Source: Chitinophagaceae bacterium
GTDB taxonomy: Bacteria > Bacteroidota > Bacteroidia > Chitinophagales > Chitinophagaceae
Assembly: GCA_021738605.1 (NCBI GenBank)
Contig: JAIPBY010000001.1
Location: 1-41,495 of the forward strand
DNA: 41,495 nucleotides
Direction of reading: 5' to 3'
In this document: positions 38,097 through 41,495 of the stretch, piece after piece
Layout: each line of letters starts with the position of its first letter
Numbering within the stretch: the stretch's first letter is position 1
The notes under the pieces: generated by a model
Told to the model about the DNA's origin: nothing
Databases searched by the model: none
What the model saw: only the letters and a program-made list of their open reading frames with translations
Program-made: the position numbers and the translations under genes

Positions 38097-39179
38097 TTAT
38101 TTTGGGGCTTTCTTGTACAAATACAAGGTTAAAGCTCCAAAAATCAGATTCGGAATCCAGGCGGCCACATATGGGTCAAGATCACCCTTGGTAGAAAATA
38201 TTGTAGAGAACCGATCTGCCAGAATGAAAACTGCACAAATGATGATGCCCATCGCGAGGTGAACCCCACTTCCACCCCTGATTTTCCTGCAAGCCAAGAT
38301 GGCCCCAATCAAGGTCAAGAGCAAAACCGCAACGGGGGTTGAAGTCCTGTGCGCATTTTCCATTTCAAGTTCCTTGACTGTTTCTGAGCCACGCAATCTT
38401 TCCTTTTCAATTCTCCTTCTCAGGTCAGGAGATATCATCCTTGCCTGTAAATATTCATCACGTTTGAGCTCAGAAGGAAGAAATGGCAATTTCTTAAATA
38501 CCTCGTACTCGAAGGTGACAGACTCATTCATTCCATTGATGGTTCGCTCCACTACCCCATTCAATTTCCATTTCCTTTTGGTTGTATCCCAGGTAAAATT
38601 ATCAGCCCTGAGGTTGTAGATAACCTGATTGCCTTTGATGGTTTCCATGAACAGGTTACCACCAGCTTTGTTGGTTGTGTCATAATAGCGCATACCAGCA
38701 TAGCTAAAGGAGTCTGTACGCATGTAAATACCGCCACTGGATGTCTGCGGCATGGCCATCTTGGTATACTTGGCTTCAAAAGTTGTACGGATTGCGTTGG
38801 CCCTGGGAATGATATATGCATTTGCATACCACAGTAGTGAACCCAGCAAGATTCCACCCACCCAATAAGGCCTTAAAATCCGTTGAAAGCTAACCCCAGA
38901 AGACAGAATGGCAATGAACTCAGAGAGATTTGCCATTTTTGAGGTGAAAAAAATGACAGAGATAAAAACGAAAAGGGGGAAGAGCATGGCAACAATGAAG
39001 GGGATGAAACCCACATAGTACTGCATGATGATCTGATTTGCGGACAGCCCTGACTTGGCAAAATCATCCGTATGCTCACTGATGTCAATCACCGTACTGA
39101 TTGTTGTGAGCAGTAGCAGTGAAAAGAAAAAAGTGGTCATGAACTTTTTGAGAATGTACCAGTCAAGCTTCCTCATCAT
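38097..39179 (-). CDS. LptF/LptG family LPS export permease
   Basis: KLDWYILKKF, three N-terminal and three C-terminal TM helices, SEFIAILSSGVSFQRILRP, AAWIPN. Confidence 0.9.
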   Translation of the reverse strand: MMRKLDWYILKKFMTTFFFSLLLLTTISTVIDISEHTDDFAKSGLSANQIIMQYYVGFIPFIVAMLFPLFVFISVIFFTSKMANLSEFIAILSSGVSFQRILRPYWVGGILLGSLLWYANAYIIPRANAIRTTFEAKYTKMAMPQTSSGGIYMRTDSFSYAGMRYYDTTNKAGGNLFMETIKGNQVIYNLRADNFTWDTTKRKWKLNGVVERTINGMNESVTFEYEVFKKLPFLPSELKRDEYLQARMISPDLRRRIEKERLRGSETVKELEMENAHRTSTPVAVLLLTLIGAILACRKIRGGSGVHLAMGIIICAVFILADRFSTIFSTKGDLDPYVAAWIPNLIFGALTLYLYKKAPK

Positions 39180-39198
39180 ATCCCTGCAAAAGTATCAT

Positions 39199-40515
39199 TT
39201 AATCCTTACCCAAGAACTTGGCATAGGTCTCAAGGCACCTTTTTCTTGCCACTTCATGCACAACCATTGGCTGGGAATACTGGAGGGTATCAAATTCAGG
39301 GACCCATTTTCTGATGTAAATACCCTGCTTGTCAAATTTTTCGGTCTGCAGGGCCGGATTGAAAATCCGGAAATATGGTGCGGCATCGCAGCCTGATCCA
39401 GAAGCCCATTGCCATCCACCATTGTTCGCTGCCAAATCATAATCAAGGAGTTTGGCGGCAAACCAGGCCTCGCCCCATCGCCAGTCAATCAAAAGATGCT
39501 TTGTCAGGAAGCTTGCTGTAATCATCCTGACCCTGTTGTGCATGAACCCGGTCGCCAGAAGTTCACGCATGCCAGCATCTACAATTGGGTATCCGGTTTC
39601 CCCCTTACACCATTTATCAAAATCCGCTTCGCTGTTTCTCCATTCAATAGCATCATATGCCTTCTTAAAAGACATCCCCTTGCCAACATGAGGAAAATTT
39701 GAAAGGATCATGTGATAGAAATCCCGCCAAATCAACTCATTCAAAAAGGTCTCGTTCAATCCTTTTGCATGTTCAACCAGTTTCCTGATGCTCATGGTTC
39801 CGAACCTCAGGTGAACGCCGAACCTGGAAGTGCCTTCTACAGCGGGAAAATTGCGAAAATCAGTATACCCTTTGACCAATGCATCAGGCACAGTGGTTTG
39901 AGGAAAATTCCAAGCTTGTTTGGAAAACCCCATGGATTCAAGAGAAGGAATGGCATGCTCATCATGTTTAAAGCAATTGTTCAATAAATACTCTGATGTT
40001 GAAAATGAAATGGGATTGGACAACAAATGTGCCTTCCATTTTCTGGAATATGGCGTGAACACTGTATATGGTGATCCGTCATCCTTGCTCACTTCAAGTT
40101 TCTCAAAGACCACATGGTCTTTGAAAGTCTGTAAGCTTGTACCATTGTTTTCCAACATTGACTTGATGCTCTCATCCCTTGTCAGGGCATAATCCTCATA
40201 GTCATGATTGGTGAAAACCGTTTCAACTGAATAGTGCGCAAGAAGGTCCTTGAAAGCCTCATCGGGAGATGCATGATAAAACTTGATGGCTGATCCAATT
40301 CCGATCAGCTCATTTTGCATGGTGTTCAGGGCATTATGGATGTATTGAACACGAAGATCATTGGGCTTTTCAAGCTTATCGAGGATATTTCTGTCGAAAA
40401 TAAAAACAGGTAATACAGGCTTTCCGCTGCTCAGGGCTTGAAACAAACCCGTATTATCAAAAAAACGAAGATCCCGGCGGAACCAAAAAATATTAACCTC
40501 AGGCTTGTTAGACAT
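39199..40515 (-). CDS. phrB: Deoxyribodipyrimidine photolyase
   Basis: WFRRDLRFFDN, ELIWRDFY, GETGYPIVDAGMR, MHNRVRM, NNGGWQW, YFRIFNP. Confidence 0.93.
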   Translation of the reverse strand: MSNKPEVNIFWFRRDLRFFDNTGLFQALSSGKPVLPVFIFDRNILDKLEKPNDLRVQYIHNALNTMQNELIGIGSAIKFYHASPDEAFKDLLAHYSVETVFTNHDYEDYALTRDESIKSMLENNGTSLQTFKDHVVFEKLEVSKDDGSPYTVFTPYSRKWKAHLLSNPISFSTSEYLLNNCFKHDEHAIPSLESMGFSKQAWNFPQTTVPDALVKGYTDFRNFPAVEGTSRFGVHLRFGTMSIRKLVEHAKGLNETFLNELIWRDFYHMILSNFPHVGKGMSFKKAYDAIEWRNSEADFDKWCKGETGYPIVDAGMRELLATGFMHNRVRMITASFLTKHLLIDWRWGEAWFAAKLLDYDLAANNGGWQWASGSGCDAAPYFRIFNPALQTEKFDKQGIYIRKWVPEFDTLQYSQPMVVHEVARKRCLETYAKFLGKD

Positions 40516-40609
40516 CTCTGTTTAACAAACCCGAGGCCGTTTGGTTGAATGAAAAGTGTTTTGTTTGATGCTTCAGGAACATTCTGAACAAATTTCCTGG
40601 CATTGAAAA

Positions 40610-41281
40610 TCAATTGGCCATGGGTCTGTTTTCAATGATGCCAGACTTAACGGCATACATAACCAAACCAGCCAGTGATTTTGCGCCGGTTTTTACTTTC
40701 AACTTATCCCTGATGGCCTCAACTGTTCTTGGGCTCAGTTCTACCAAATCAGCAATTTCCTTTGTACTTTTCTCTTCACAAATCATGCGAAGTATGGTAA
40801 TTTCCTTATCGCTCAACTTGGCGTCAACAGGCAATGAAGCCTCAGCCTGGCGTTTAACACGAAGACCATCAATGAGTGCTTTGTTGGTCAGTTGATTAAA
40901 GTAATATTCCTGCTCATGTACAGTTTTAATGGCTTGGTAGATGATTTCTGAGTCAGAATTCTTTGTCAAATATGAGTTGGCCCCCAACTCCATGAGTTTG
41001 GAGATCATGGAGTGATCATTGTGCATGGTGAGCATAATCACCTTGATTTCTGGATATAGTTTTTTGATTTCAGGCAATGTATTGATGCCATCCATGATGG
41101 GCATCTGGATATCCAGCAGGATAACATCAGGCTGAACATGCTTGAGGACAGTAAGCAATTGCATGCCATTGTCTGCCTCTGCAATCATTTTGATATCCTT
41201 GTGCATGGATAATGCAGACTTAACCCCTGCCCGGAAAAGGACATGATCATCGGCTATGGCTACTTTTATGGGTTCGGTCAT
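40610..41281 (-). CDS. NarL/LuxR-family response regulator
   Basis: IADDH, ILLDIQMP, GANSYLTK, LSPRTVEAIR HTH; TAATTTTG box at 41329-41336 (minus). Confidence 0.94.
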   Translation of the reverse strand: MTEPIKVAIADDHVLFRAGVKSALSMHKDIKMIAEADNGMQLLTVLKHVQPDVILLDIQMPIMDGINTLPEIKKLYPEIKVIMLTMHNDHSMISKLMELGANSYLTKNSDSEIIYQAIKTVHEQEYYFNQLTNKALIDGLRVKRQAEASLPVDAKLSDKEITILRMICEEKSTKEIADLVELSPRTVEAIRDKLKVKTGAKSLAGLVMYAVKSGIIENRPMAN

Positions 41282-41360
41282 ATTAGGGCTTTTAGGTTTA
41301 TTCTGGATATTGACAATTGAATATTGAGCAAAATTAAACGAAATCCAGGTGTTGGTGTAC

Positions 41361-41396
41361 AGTAGAACTACCCTATTATTAAGTTGCAGAAATTAC
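41361..41396. promoter_or_regulatory. GTA-N4-TAC box plus degenerate second box upstream of the NarL gene
   Basis: AGTAGAACTACC (41361-41372) and GAAATTAC (41389-41396). Confidence 0.4.
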
Positions 41397-41495
41397 GGTC
41401 AAGGTTTCAGCTCTGGGAAAATCCAAAAAAGATTTCTTTTAATCTATTGTATATCAATAAGATATGAAAATATTTAGGAATAAAGGCGAAAATCT

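Noticed and set aside
32115-41328. Exact 14-mer AATTGAATATTGAG at 32115-32128 and 41315-41328, upstream of H-NOX and NarL genes
   Set aside because: AT-rich, in opposite orientation relative to the two genes, and on different sides of the likely TSS; plausibly chance.

Overview
Bacteroidota chromosomal window, inferred from SusC/SusD genes and TAnnTTTG promoters; Chitinophagaceae-like gene content is an impression only. Left part (1-13 kb): a polysaccharide-utilisation locus with two tandem SusC/SusD pairs, a divergent LacI regulator carrying an IS1-InsA-like zinc ribbon, an FAD oxidoreductase and a GH43. Middle: back-to-back tmRNA and tRNA-Leu(CAA), then a two-gene CAZyme-like cassette bracketed by a duplicated 3' end of a DbpA-like helicase, dodecin plus a cystathionine beta-synthase-like gene, and hisGDCB with an unannotated His-rich leader peptide and attenuator. 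Right part: a cytoplasmic signalling cluster (hybrid PAS kinase, H-NOX, HNOBA-multi-PAS HisKA_3 kinase, three NarL/LuxR regulators) mixed with housekeeping genes. The most unusual signal is non-coding. A candidate ~220-nt A/C-rich repeat RNA (about 20842-21063) lies behind GTA-N4-TAC palindromes that recur upstream of the H-NOX operon and one NarL gene. A separate ~115-nt candidate sRNA (19212-19326) has a loop complementary to those repeats, and the NarL 5' leader shares the repeat RNA's motif. Together these suggest, as a hypothesis only, a two-component-controlled sRNA/decoy circuit. All calls were made by eye; no searches were run.
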